Below are positions 25,614 to 34,580 of a DNA stretch of 64,000 bases, in pieces. The notes under the pieces were generated by a model, which saw only the letters and a program-made list of their open reading frames with translations, did no database searches and was not told the origin of the DNA. Where the stretch lies: the NCBI GenBank assembly GCA_963728635.1, contig CAVSKR010000005.1, positions 264,998-328,997 of the forward strand. The letters run 5' to 3'. The DNA is from an uncultured Chloroflexia bacterium (GTDB lineage: Bacteria; Chloroflexota; Limnocylindria; Limnocylindrales; CSP1-4). Each line of letters begins with the position of its first letter. Position 1 is the stretch's first letter. Position numbers and translations under genes: made by a program.

Positions 25614-26846
25614 GTGGAACGTGAAGCGGTCCTCGTCGGCATCGACGTCGGCACCAGCAAGGTCTGTGCGCTCATCGGCGAGGTGGGTCGCGACGGGCGG
25701 CTGACGATCATGGGCCACGGGACCGTCCCGGCGTCGGGCCTCAAGAAGGGCGTCGTGATCAACATCGACCAGACGGTCCACTCGATCGCCGAGGCGGTCG
25801 AGAAAGCGGAGCGGCTGTCCGGCTGGAAGATCGACCGCGCGTTCGTGGGAGTCGGCGGGCAGCACGTCGAGAGCCTCAACTCGCCTGGCCAGGTCGCCGT
25901 CACCGGCCACCATCGCGAGGTCAGTCGCGAGGACATCCATCGGGCCATCGACGTCGCTCGCGCCGTGCCGATTCCGTCGAACCGCGAGGTGCTCCACGTG
26001 GAGCGGCGCGGCTTCTCGGTCGACGGCCAGGAGGGCGTCAAGGACCCGATGGGGATGAGCGCGTTGCGGCTCGAGGTCGAGACGCACATCGTCACCGCCT
26101 CCGCCACCGCGGTGACCAACCTGTCCAAGTGCGTCGCGGCGGCCGGCGTCAAGATCGACGAGCTGGTCGTCAACTCGCTGGCATCCGCGGAGGCCGTGCT
26201 CAACGAGACGGAGAAGGACCTCGGCGTCGCGGTCGCCGACTTCGGGGCCGGGACGATCGACCTCGCCTTGTTCCAGGACGGGTCGCCGTTCCACACGCGC
26301 GTCCTGCCGATCGGCGGCAACAACATCACCAACGACATCGCCGCGATCCTCAAGACCTCGCTCCAGACCGCCGAGGAGCTCAAGATCCAGAACGGGACGG
26401 CCGACCTGCGCACGGTGACCGAGGACGAGGAGATCAGCGTCAGCGTCCTCGGCGAGGACGCCGGGCGCACCGTCAGCCGGCTGGAGGTCTCCCAGGTCAT
26501 CGAGGCGCGGATGCGCGAGACCTTCGAGCTGATGCGCAACGAGATCCGCGCCGCGGGCGTGCGCCAGCTGCCGGCCGGCGTGATCCTGACGGGCGGCTCG
26601 GCGCAGCTGTCGGGCATCGCCGAGCTCGGCCGCGAGGTCCTCGAGATGCCGGTCCGCGTGGCCGCACCGAGCGGCATCGGCGGGCTGGTCGACACGCTGC
26701 TCACGCCGGCCTACAGCACGGGCGTGGGTCTGCTCCAGTGGGGCGCAACGACGCTCGTCGACGGCGAGCCGATGCGCTACGAATCGGCGCCGGCGATGGG
26801 CGGCCTGGGGCGCATCCGCGACGCCCTGCGGAGCATCTTCCCGTAG
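25614..26846 (+). CDS. ftsA: Cell division protein FtsA
   Basis: Actin-like ATPase: VGIDVGTSKVCALIGEV, DFGAGTIDLALF, TGGSAQLSGI motifs. GTG start. Confidence 0.9.
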   Translation: MEREAVLVGIDVGTSKVCALIGEVGRDGRLTIMGHGTVPASGLKKGVVINIDQTVHSIAEAVEKAERLSGWKIDRAFVGVGGQHVESLNSPGQVAVTGHHREVSREDIHRAIDVARAVPIPSNREVLHVERRGFSVDGQEGVKDPMGMSALRLEVETHIVTASATAVTNLSKCVAAAGVKIDELVVNSLASAEAVLNETEKDLGVAVADFGAGTIDLALFQDGSPFHTRVLPIGGNNITNDIAAILKTSLQTAEELKIQNGTADLRTVTEDEEISVSVLGEDAGRTVSRLEVSQVIEARMRETFELMRNEIRAAGVRQLPAGVILTGGSAQLSGIAELGREVLEMPVRVAAPSGIGGLVDTLLTPAYSTGVGLLQWGATTLVDGEPMRYESAPAMGGLGRIRDALRSIFP

Positions 26847-26862
26847 CTGACCGGACCGGACC

Positions 26863-27276
26863 GTGGACACGCGCGAGCTGACCGTCCGGAGCGGCTCGGC
26901 GCGCGGACTGGCCGATCTGACACCGGCGGTCGCCGCGTTCCTTTCGGACATCGCCGCGGCGGACGGCTTGTTGTCGCTGTTCGTGCCGCATGCCACGGCG
27001 GGGCTCGTCGTGGTCGAAGTCGGGTCGGGCTCGGATGACGACCTCATGGACGCCCTGGACCGCCTGCTGCCTCGCGAGGATCGGCTGTACAGGCACCGCC
27101 ACGGGTCGCCGGGCCACGGCGCGGATCACGTGCTACCGCTGCTCGCGAGTCCCTCGCTGACCGTGCCGGTCGTGGGCGGACGCGCTGCGCTCGGCACGTG
27201 GCAGTCGATCTGCCTGCTCGACCCCAACGCCGACAACGCAGAGCGCACAGTGCGGCTGAGCTTCCTCACCGGCTAG
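26863..27276 (+). CDS. yjbQ: YjbQ/UPF0047 family protein (secondary thiamine-phosphate synthase-like)
   Basis: [10 protein letters not shown]...[11 protein letters not shown]...[14 protein letters not shown]...[12 protein letters not shown]...[10 protein letters not shown] matches the conserved YjbQ pattern. Inserted between ftsA and ftsZ. Confidence 0.7.
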   Translation: MDTRELTVRSGSARGLADLTPAVAAFLSDIAAADGLLSLFVPHATAGLVVVEVGSGSDDDLMDALDRLLPREDRLYRHRHGSPGHGADHVLPLLASPSLTVPVVGGRAALGTWQSICLLDPNADNAERTVRLSFLTG

Positions 27277-27278
27277 AT

Positions 27279-27300
27279 CCGGCGGGTGCGCATCCGCCGG
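27279..27300 (+). terminator. Stem-loop CCGGCGG-gtgcgcat-CCGCCGG immediately after yjbQ stop (no U-tract)
   Basis: Read directly. Confidence 0.3.
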
Positions 27301-27389
27301 TCGACCGGCTCGGTGCCGCGGCGCACCGGGTCGAAGGACGCGTGTTCGACGCGGCATCCCGTTCGATGGCCAGCCCTTGGCCTCGGCGC

Positions 27390-27395
27390 TATACT
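27390..27395 (+). promoter_or_regulatory. TATACT -10-like hexamer ~118 nt upstream of ftsZ
   Basis: gcgcTATACTcc in the 236-nt yjbQ-ftsZ spacer. ftsZ has a GGAGGAG SD. Confidence 0.3.
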
Positions 27396-27512
27396 CCCCG
27401 GACCCACGGACCCGTCCGCCACCGAGGCACCAGGGTCCCGTTCGAGCGCGCTGACCGAAATCACCCGATGACACCGCCCAGGACCCGCCGAGGGTCGCCG
27501 GAGGAGAACCCG

Positions 27513-28739
27513 ATGCCGTTGCGTTCCGATTCCGAGAACTTCGCGTTGATCCGCGTCATCGGCGTCGGTGGTGGTGGGAGCAACGCGGTCAACCGGATGA
27601 TCCGGGCCGAGATGATGGGCGTGGAGTTCATCGCCTGCAACACGGACGCGCAGGCCCTGCTCCAGTCGGATGCGCCGCACAAGATCCGCATCGGCGACAA
27701 GGTCACCCGCGGCCTCGGCGCCGGCGGCGATGCCGCGATGGGCCAGCGCTCCGCCGAGGAGGACTCGGACAAGATCGCAGCGGCGCTCGCGGAATCGGAC
27801 ATGGTCTTCATCACCGCCGGCCTCGGCGGCGGCACGGGGTCCGGCGCGGCGCCGGTCGTGGCGCAGATCGCCAAGGACTCCGGCGCGCTGACGATCGGCG
27901 TCGTCACCAAGCCGTTCGCCTTCGAAGGCAACCGGCGCAAGCTCGTGGCCGAGAAGGCCGCCGAGGAGCTGAAGGCGCAGGTCGATGCGCTGATCACGAT
28001 CCCCAACGACCGCCTCAAGGACGTCGTCCAGAAGAACACCAGCATCCTCGACGCGTTCCGGGTCGTCGACGACGTGTTGCGCCAGGGCGTCCAGGGCATC
28101 AGCGACATCATCACGGTGCCGGGCCTCATCAACCGCGATTTCGCGGACGTGCGAGCCGTCATGAAGGACGCCGGGTCGGCGCTGATGGGCATCGCCCGGG
28201 CGACCGGTGAGAACCGCGCGGTCGAGGCGGCCCAGCAGGCCATCGCGAGCCCGCTCCTCGAGCTCGACATCCACGGCGCGCAGGGCATCCTGTGGAACAT
28301 CACCGGCTCTTCGAACCTGTCCCTGTTCGAGGTCAACGAGGCGGCCGAGGCGATCAAGGAGGCCGCCGATCCGGAGGCCCTGATCATGTTCGGCACGAGC
28401 TTCAACGAGCGGCTGGGCGACGAGGTCATGGTCACCGTCATCGCGACCGGGTTCGACGGCGGCAAGCGTCGCCCGACCATCCACCGCGAGGCGGCTGGCG
28501 TCCTGGAAGGTGCGGCATCGTCGCGCATCGCCCACGAGCGCGACTTCCTCCAGGAGCTGGAGCGCCAGCGCGAGCAGGGCGGCGACGGCGCGTTCAGCCC
28601 GGCGCTGCATGAAGACGACGCAGCGGCCGTCGTCAGCTCCCCGCGTGTCGAGCGGGCGGCCGGCGAGAACGCCGCTCGTCGGCCCGTGACGTACGACGCC
28701 GATGACCTGGAGATCCCGAGCTTCCTCCGCCGCAAGTGA
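27513..28739 (+). CDS. ftsZ: Cell division GTPase FtsZ
   Basis: [17 protein letters not shown], tubulin signature [29 protein letters not shown], conserved C-terminal [12 protein letters not shown] peptide. Confidence 0.95.
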   Translation: MPLRSDSENFALIRVIGVGGGGSNAVNRMIRAEMMGVEFIACNTDAQALLQSDAPHKIRIGDKVTRGLGAGGDAAMGQRSAEEDSDKIAAALAESDMVFITAGLGGGTGSGAAPVVAQIAKDSGALTIGVVTKPFAFEGNRRKLVAEKAAEELKAQVDALITIPNDRLKDVVQKNTSILDAFRVVDDVLRQGVQGISDIITVPGLINRDFADVRAVMKDAGSALMGIARATGENRAVEAAQQAIASPLLELDIHGAQGILWNITGSSNLSLFEVNEAAEAIKEAADPEALIMFGTSFNERLGDEVMVTVIATGFDGGKRRPTIHREAAGVLEGAASSRIAHERDFLQELERQREQGGDGAFSPALHEDDAAAVVSSPRVERAAGENAARRPVTYDADDLEIPSFLRRK

Positions 28740-28770
28740 TCTCGGCCGGCGCGACGCCGGCAACAATGCG

Positions 28771-29529
28771 ATGACGGTCCCGTCCACGGACATCGACGCC
28801 CTTCGTGTGGCGCACGAGGCCGTCCTCGCGCGGATCGCGGCGGCCTGCCTGCGCGTCGGGCGCGACCCGGCGGACGTCACGCTGGTTGCGGTCTCGAAGG
28901 AGGTCGATGCGGACCGCCTCGGTCATGCCGTCGAGGCGGGGATCCGCACGCTCGGCGAGAACCGTGTCCAGGAGGGCGCGGCCAAGGTCGCCCGCGTCGC
29001 GGGCGCCACCTGGCACCTGATCGGTCCGCTCCAATCCAACAAGGCGCGGCGGGCGCTCGAGGCGTTCGACGTCATCCAGTCCGTCGACTCCAGCGGGCTG
29101 GCCGAGCGGCTGGATCGCCTTGCACGCGATGTCCGCGACGCGAGCTCGACGGCGCGCTATCCGGTCCTGCTCCAGGTCAACGTCGACGACGATCCGTCGA
29201 AGGCCGGCTTCGCCGAGGCCGAGCTGCCGGCGGCGATCGAGGGGACGTCGGGGCTCGACGCACTCGAGGTCCGCGGTCTCATGACGATCGGCCGGCTCGT
29301 GGCCACGGCCGAAGCGGCGAGGTCGACGTTCGCCGGGCTCCGGCACCTGTCCGAGCGACTGCGGGGCGCGGGCGCGCCCATCGGTCCTGACCTCTCGATG
29401 GGGATGAGCGACGACTTCGAGGTCGCTGTCGAAGAGGGCGCCACGATCGTCCGCGTCGGTCGTGCCATCTTCGGCGAGCGGCCCCATCGCCATGCCCCCG
29501 GCGAACCGGCACACGAGCACCCCCGCTGA
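28771..29529 (+). CDS. yggS: PLP-homeostasis protein YggS/PLPBP (alanine racemase N-domain fold)
   Basis: VTLVAVSKEV (PLP-binding Lys), HLIGPLQSNKAR, MGMSDDF, IVRVGRAIFG motifs. Confidence 0.85.
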   Translation: MTVPSTDIDALRVAHEAVLARIAAACLRVGRDPADVTLVAVSKEVDADRLGHAVEAGIRTLGENRVQEGAAKVARVAGATWHLIGPLQSNKARRALEAFDVIQSVDSSGLAERLDRLARDVRDASSTARYPVLLQVNVDDDPSKAGFAEAELPAAIEGTSGLDALEVRGLMTIGRLVATAEAARSTFAGLRHLSERLRGAGAPIGPDLSMGMSDDFEVAVEEGATIVRVGRAIFGERPHRHAPGEPAHEHPR

Positions 29530-29564
29530 GCGTCGCGACCACGGACTGGTAGACTCGGGAGACC

Positions 29565-29810
29565 GTGGCCGGGACGTTCTTCCTCACCTTCCTCCAGTTC
29601 CTGTTGATGGCGCTCTGGGCGCTCATCTTCGGTCGGATGATCATGTCGTGGATCGACCCCACGGGGCGCAACCAGGTGTCGGCTTTTCTGTTCCAGACGA
29701 CCGAGCCGATCCTCGGACCCGTGCGCCGGATGCTGCCCCAGACCGGCATGATCGATTGGTCGGGCTTCATCGTCCTCATCCTTCTCGGGTTCATCATCGG
29801 GCGCCTCTGA
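29565..29810 (+). CDS. yggT: YggT family cell-division membrane protein
   Basis: 81 aa with 2 TM helices. FLFQTTEPILGPVRRMLP and IDWSGFIVLILLGFI motifs of the YggT/Ycf19 family. Confidence 0.8.
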   Translation: MAGTFFLTFLQFLLMALWALIFGRMIMSWIDPTGRNQVSAFLFQTTEPILGPVRRMLPQTGMIDWSGFIVLILLGFIIGRL

Positions 29811-29815
29811 GGGTC

Positions 29816-30097
29816 GTGAGCGCGACCGACGTCCGCTTCGCCGTCCGCCTCACGCCGAGAGCGGCGGTCGACCGCGTCGACGGGGTCACCGATGGGGTCC
29901 TGCGCGCACGGGTCGGCGCTCCGGCCGTCGAAGGACAGGCGAACAACGCGCTGATCAGGCTCATCGCGGAGGAACTGGGCGTGGCGCGCAGCGACGTCCG
30001 CATCGTGGCCGGGGCGACGAGCCGTCAGAAGCTGATCGTGATCGATGGCGCCGACCCGGAGGTGATCGTTGCCCGGTGGCCGGGCCTGAAGGTATGA
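29816..30097 (+). CDS. yggU: DUF167 (YggU) family protein
   Basis: AVRLTPRAAVDRVDGV...LRARVGAPAVEGQANNALIRLIAEELGV...KLIVIDG is a typical YggU sequence. GTG start 6 nt after the yggT stop. Confidence 0.75.
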   Translation: MSATDVRFAVRLTPRAAVDRVDGVTDGVLRARVGAPAVEGQANNALIRLIAEELGVARSDVRIVAGATSRQKLIVIDGADPEVIVARWPGLKV

Positions 30098-30107
30098 TCA
30101 CCGCCCC

Positions 30108-30183
30108 GGGCGATTGGCTCAGTGGTTAGAGCACGCGGTTCACATCCGCGGGGTCACTGGTTCGAATCCAGTATCGCCCACCA
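30108..30183 (+). tRNA. tRNA-Val (anticodon CAC), CCA encoded
   Basis: Cloverleaf: GGGCGAT acceptor, GCTC/GAGC D-stem, CGCGG-TTCACAT-CCGCG anticodon arm (CAC), ACTGG-TTCGAAT-CCAGT T-arm, ATCGCCC-A-CCA. Confidence 0.9.
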
Positions 30184-30189
30184 CCCTCC

Positions 30190-31425
30190 TCACTCGATCG
30201 GGTCAGAGGCTGCCCGCTGCCGCCGGGCCATCAGCACGAACGGGATCGCGAAGATCTGGATGGCGCCGGCCACGACGTACGACGGACCGTAGCCGTACAC
30301 GTCGGCGACGCGGCCCAGTGCCGGCTGTGCGGCGGCCCCGCCGATCGAGCCCATGAAGGAATCGAACGACAGCACCGTGGCGCGCTGCTCCGACGGGATG
30401 AGGCCGTTGATGTAGGCCTGGCGGAGCGGTATCTCGATGGCGAAGATCAACGCCCAGACGGCGAGCAGCACGAGCGCCACGACGAAGCTGCTCGTCCAGC
30501 CGATGACGCCCAGGATGACGACCGTTGCGGCCGTGGCCAGGAGGATCGCGTCGGTGCGGCGGCGGAACAAGCGGCGCGCGTGGGGGACCAGGATGCCGCC
30601 GAGGATCTGCGCGCCGGCGAACAGTGCCGCTGCCAGACCCGCGACGCTGTAGGCCTCGGGGTCGCCGTACAGCTGGAGGATGTATGGCTGGCTCGCGTAG
30701 AACGAGAAGAACCCGACGCCGCTCGTGAACGGCGCGGCCAGCATCAGCGCGCGCACCGGCGGATTGCGCCAGCCGCCATCGATCGACCCGCGAACGACGC
30801 TCCGGATCTCGGCCACGTGGCTCGCTCCGCGACGCGGTGAGAAGCCGATGTCATGCATGAAGCGATACGCCACGACCAGCGTCAGGCCCAGCAGCGCGGC
30901 GCGGAGCAGGTAGGGCACGCCGAGGTCGGCAGCCTGGGCGACGACCCCACCCAGCACCGATCCCACAAGCATCGCGATCCCGGACACGGTCTGGGCCCGA
31001 CCCAGCACGGTTTCGAGGGCGCCCGTGTAGCCGGTCGCGCTGAGGGCGTCGACCAGCCACGCCTCCGTCGCACCGGAGAAGAACGTGAAGCCGAGCCCGA
31101 GCAGGATCGACGCCAACGCCCACCCGGCGAACGGCGCATGGACCTGCCACATGACGTAGTAGAGCAACGTCGATGCGAGCAAGGTCACGGCGCCGAGCAG
31201 ATAGGAGTACCGCCGTCCGCGGGTATCCGCAACGACTCCGGTCGGGACCTCGAAGAGGACCTGGCCGATGGCGAAGAACGCGTTCGCCGCGAAAGCCTCG
31301 GTGTTGCTCAGGCCGGCATCGAGCAGGAAGAGCGTGTTGACGCCCCAGATGAACGACGCAGCGAAGGTCGTGAGCAGGGTGAGCGTGAGGTACGTCCGCT
31401 GGACGGACCCGGCGGTCGCAGTCAC
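30190..31425 (-). CDS. MFS transporter (12 TM)
   Basis: 411 aa. ADTRGRRYSY (MFS motif A-like GRR). Two 6-TM halves. Confidence 0.8.
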   Translation of the reverse strand: MTATAGSVQRTYLTLTLLTTFAASFIWGVNTLFLLDAGLSNTEAFAANAFFAIGQVLFEVPTGVVADTRGRRYSYLLGAVTLLASTLLYYVMWQVHAPFAGWALASILLGLGFTFFSGATEAWLVDALSATGYTGALETVLGRAQTVSGIAMLVGSVLGGVVAQAADLGVPYLLRAALLGLTLVVAYRFMHDIGFSPRRGASHVAEIRSVVRGSIDGGWRNPPVRALMLAAPFTSGVGFFSFYASQPYILQLYGDPEAYSVAGLAAALFAGAQILGGILVPHARRLFRRRTDAILLATAATVVILGVIGWTSSFVVALVLLAVWALIFAIEIPLRQAYINGLIPSEQRATVLSFDSFMGSIGGAAAQPALGRVADVYGYGPSYVVAGAIQIFAIPFVLMARRQRAASDPIE

Positions 31426-31530
31426 GGTCGGCCGATGCTACGCGACCGCGAGCTGGACCGCTGGCGTGGCCGCGTAACGCGGGCCGGCGTCGGTGCGTCA
31501 CATCTTCGCAACGACGAAATCCTCCTCCGC

Positions 31531-31567
31531 GATGAAACCCCTAGGTCCTCCCCTTGGGGGTTTCATC
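31531..31567. other. 11-bp-stem hairpin GATGAAACCCC...GGGGTTTCATC in the acn-MFS intergenic region
   Basis: Read directly. On the minus-strand RNA it lies 3' of aconitase and ~100 nt 5' of the MFS start. Confidence 0.35.
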
Positions 31568-31667
31568 GTTTTCGCCGGGCTGCTGACGCCCGATGGCGGC
31601 GTTGGCGCTCTGCGGCTCCTCGCTCACGCACCCTCAGGTGCGCTCGCTCCGGTGCGGATGCCGGAGG

Positions 31668-34580
31668 TCAGGCCTCTGTGGCGAGGCGGCGCAGGACGGC
31701 GGGCAGGATGCCGCCGCCGAGGTAGTAGTCGACCTCGATCGGTCCGTCCAGCCGGGCGATGGCCTCGAACCGGGCAGTGCTGCCGTCCTCGCGCGTCGCG
31801 AGGACCTTCACGGACCGGCGCGGCGACAGGCCCTCCGATGGACCGAGGACGTCGTACGTCTCTCGACCGCTCAGGCCCAGCGACGACGCCGTGTCGCCCG
31901 GCTTGAACTGGAGGGGCAGCACGCCCATCCCGACCAGGTTCGAGCGGTGGATGCGCTCGTACGACTCGGCCAGCACGGCCTTCACGCCGAGCAGCGCCGT
32001 GCCTTTCGCGGCCCAGTCCCGCGAGGAACCGGACCCATATTCGCGGCCGGCCAGCACCAGCAGCGGGACGCCCTCGGCCTGGTAGCGCATCGACGCGTCG
32101 TAGATGAACATCTCCTCGCCCGATGGCAGATGGACCGTGTACGGTCCTTCCTTGCCCTCGACAAGTCGATTGCGCAGCCGGATGTTGGCGAACGTCCCGC
32201 GCACCATCACCTCGTGATGGCCGCGTCGCGCCCCGTAGGAGTTGAACGCGAGCGGCGAGACGCCGTGGTCCTGCAGCCACCGGCCGGCCGGTGACGACGG
32301 CGAGATCGACCCGGCGGGCGAGATGTGATCGGTGGTCACCGAGTCGCCGAGCACCGCCAGGACCCGGGCACCGGTGATGTCACCCACGTCATGGCCGCCC
32401 GACGAGAGCCCGTCGAAGAACGGTGGCTTGGCCACGTACGTCGAGGCCGGATCCCAGGCGTAGCGGTCGCCTGACGGGATCGGCAGCGCTCGCCAGCGGT
32501 CGTCGCCGTCGAATACGACCGCGTAGGTCCGCCGGAACAGCTCCGGATCGATGGACGATCCGATGACCGCGCGGATCTCATCCAACGACGGCCAGATGTC
32601 CGCGAGGTGGACTGGCCGACCATCGGAACCCGTGCCGAGCGGCTCGGTCGTGAGATCGACATCGACCCGACCGGCCAGCGCGAACGCCACGACCAGCGGC
32701 GGCGAGGCGAGGTAGCTCGCGCGCGCGAGAGGATGGATCCGGCCCTCGAAGTTGCGGTTGCCCGACAGGACCGCGGCGACGACGAGGTCGTTCTCCTCGA
32801 CCGCGGAGGCGATCGGCGCATCGAGCGGGCCGGAGTTGCCGATGCATGTCGTACATCCGTAGCCGGCCAGCGCGAACCCGAGCTGTTCGAGCGGGTCCAT
32901 CAGGCCCGCCGCCTCGAGGTAGCCGGTCACCGCCTTGGAGCCCGGCGCGAGCGACGTCTTGACCGTCGGCGGGACGCGCAGCCCGCGGGCCACCGCGTTC
33001 CGTGCCAGCAACCCGGCACCGATCATCACCGTCGGATTCGACGTGTTGGTGCAGGACGTGATGGCCGCGATGGCCACAGACCCGGTGCTGATCCGGACCG
33101 TCTCGTCCCCGACGGTCACCTCGACGGGGCGGTACTCACGCCGGTCGGCCGCCTGCGCGTGGGCCGGGACCGGGGCTGTCGCAGGCGCCGGCCGCTCGGG
33201 CGCGTCCAATGCTTCCGACGCGGCGAAGGCCGGCGCGTCCGAGGCCGGGAACGACTCGGCGGATGCCTCGTGGACGACATCGGACGGGGCCTCGGGAGCC
33301 GGCGTCGCGCCGGGCCCCTGGAGGCCGTCCGGGAACGCGGTCCGGAAGTTCTCGCGCAGGGTCTGCAGAGGGACCCGGTCCTGCGGTCGGCGCGGACCGG
33401 CGACCGATGGCTCGACCGTCCCGAGATCCAGCGTCAGAAGCTCGTCGAACGCGGGGCCGTCACCGGGCTCGCGCCACAGGCCCTGTTCCTTCGCGTAGCG
33501 CTCGACGAGGTCGACCCGCTCGGGCGAACGGCCGGTGAGGCGCAGATATGCGAGCGTCTCGTCGTCGATCGGGAAGAGCGTCGCGGTCGCCCCGAACTCG
33601 GGGCTCATGTTCGAGATCGTGGCGCGATCCGCCAGCGACAAGCCGGCCAGGCCATCGCCGGCGAACTCCACGAACGCACCCACGACGCCGTGCCCCCGCA
33701 GCATCTCCGTGACGACGAGCACGAGGTCGGTCGCAGTCGAGCCCCCCGGGAGGGCGCCAATCAACTTCACCCCGACGACGTGGGGCATCGGCTGGTACAG
33801 CGGCTGGCCGAGCAGGACGGCCTCTGCCTCGATGCCGCCGACGCCGTAGCCCAGGACGCCGAGAGCGTTGATCATCGTCGTGTGCGAGTCCGTCCCGACC
33901 AGCGTGTCCGGGAATGCGACGCCGTCTCGGTCCTCGACGACGGTGGCGAGGTACTCGAGGTTGACCTGGTGAACGATGCCGGTGCCCGGCGGCACGATGC
34001 GCATGTTGCGAAACGCGGTCTGCGCCCAGCGCAGGAGCTGGTAGCGCTCCCCGTTGCGCTCGTACTCGCGCTCGACGTTGAACGCGTACGAATCGTCCGT
34101 GCCGAAGCGGTCGACCTGGACGGAGTGGTCGATCACGAGATCGGCCGGGACGAGCGGGTTCACCCGGGCCGGGTCGCCGCCGAGGTCGGCCATCGCGTCG
34201 CGCATCACCGCCAGGTCGACGACCGCCGGCACGCCGGTCAGGTCCTGCATGATGACCCGCGAGGGCATGAACGGGATCTCGGCTTCGGCCGCGACACCCG
34301 GCCGCCACGCGGCGAGCGTCTCGACGTCGGCCGGATCCACGATCCCCCCGCCCGCGTGGCGCAGCAGGTTCTCGAGGAGGATCCGGATGGTCACCGGCAG
34401 GCGGCTCTCGGCCGTCGTGGCCGAGATGGCGCTCAGTCGGTACACGTCCGGGAGGCCCGGCGCGAGCGGCGTGCGAGCGCCGAAAGGGTCGTTCCGTGAC
34501 AACGCGTCTGTCTCCACAGGCTCGCTAGACTCGATGCATGCAAGCGTACCGCGCCCGGCCTCCGGCCCGCGCCGGCGCAT
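31668..34580 (-). CDS. acnA: Aconitate hydratase A
   Basis: IRILLENLLR, Fe-S ligand regions (CTNTSNP, GCTTCIGNSGPL), SR motif, and an Ala/Pro-rich linker insertion. Alternative GTG start at 34517. Confidence 0.9.
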   Translation of the reverse strand: MRRRGPEAGRGTLACIESSEPVETDALSRNDPFGARTPLAPGLPDVYRLSAISATTAESRLPVTIRILLENLLRHAGGGIVDPADVETLAAWRPGVAAEAEIPFMPSRVIMQDLTGVPAVVDLAVMRDAMADLGGDPARVNPLVPADLVIDHSVQVDRFGTDDSYAFNVEREYERNGERYQLLRWAQTAFRNMRIVPPGTGIVHQVNLEYLATVVEDRDGVAFPDTLVGTDSHTTMINALGVLGYGVGGIEAEAVLLGQPLYQPMPHVVGVKLIGALPGGSTATDLVLVVTEMLRGHGVVGAFVEFAGDGLAGLSLADRATISNMSPEFGATATLFPIDDETLAYLRLTGRSPERVDLVERYAKEQGLWREPGDGPAFDELLTLDLGTVEPSVAGPRRPQDRVPLQTLRENFRTAFPDGLQGPGATPAPEAPSDVVHEASAESFPASDAPAFAASEALDAPERPAPATAPVPAHAQAADRREYRPVEVTVGDETVRISTGSVAIAAITSCTNTSNPTVMIGAGLLARNAVARGLRVPPTVKTSLAPGSKAVTGYLEAAGLMDPLEQLGFALAGYGCTTCIGNSGPLDAPIASAVEENDLVVAAVLSGNRNFEGRIHPLARASYLASPPLVVAFALAGRVDVDLTTEPLGTGSDGRPVHLADIWPSLDEIRAVIGSSIDPELFRRTYAVVFDGDDRWRALPIPSGDRYAWDPASTYVAKPPFFDGLSSGGHDVGDITGARVLAVLGDSVTTDHISPAGSISPSSPAGRWLQDHGVSPLAFNSYGARRGHHEVMVRGTFANIRLRNRLVEGKEGPYTVHLPSGEEMFIYDASMRYQAEGVPLLVLAGREYGSGSSRDWAAKGTALLGVKAVLAESYERIHRSNLVGMGVLPLQFKPGDTASSLGLSGRETYDVLGPSEGLSPRRSVKVLATREDGSTARFEAIARLDGPIEVDYYLGGGILPAVLRRLATEA

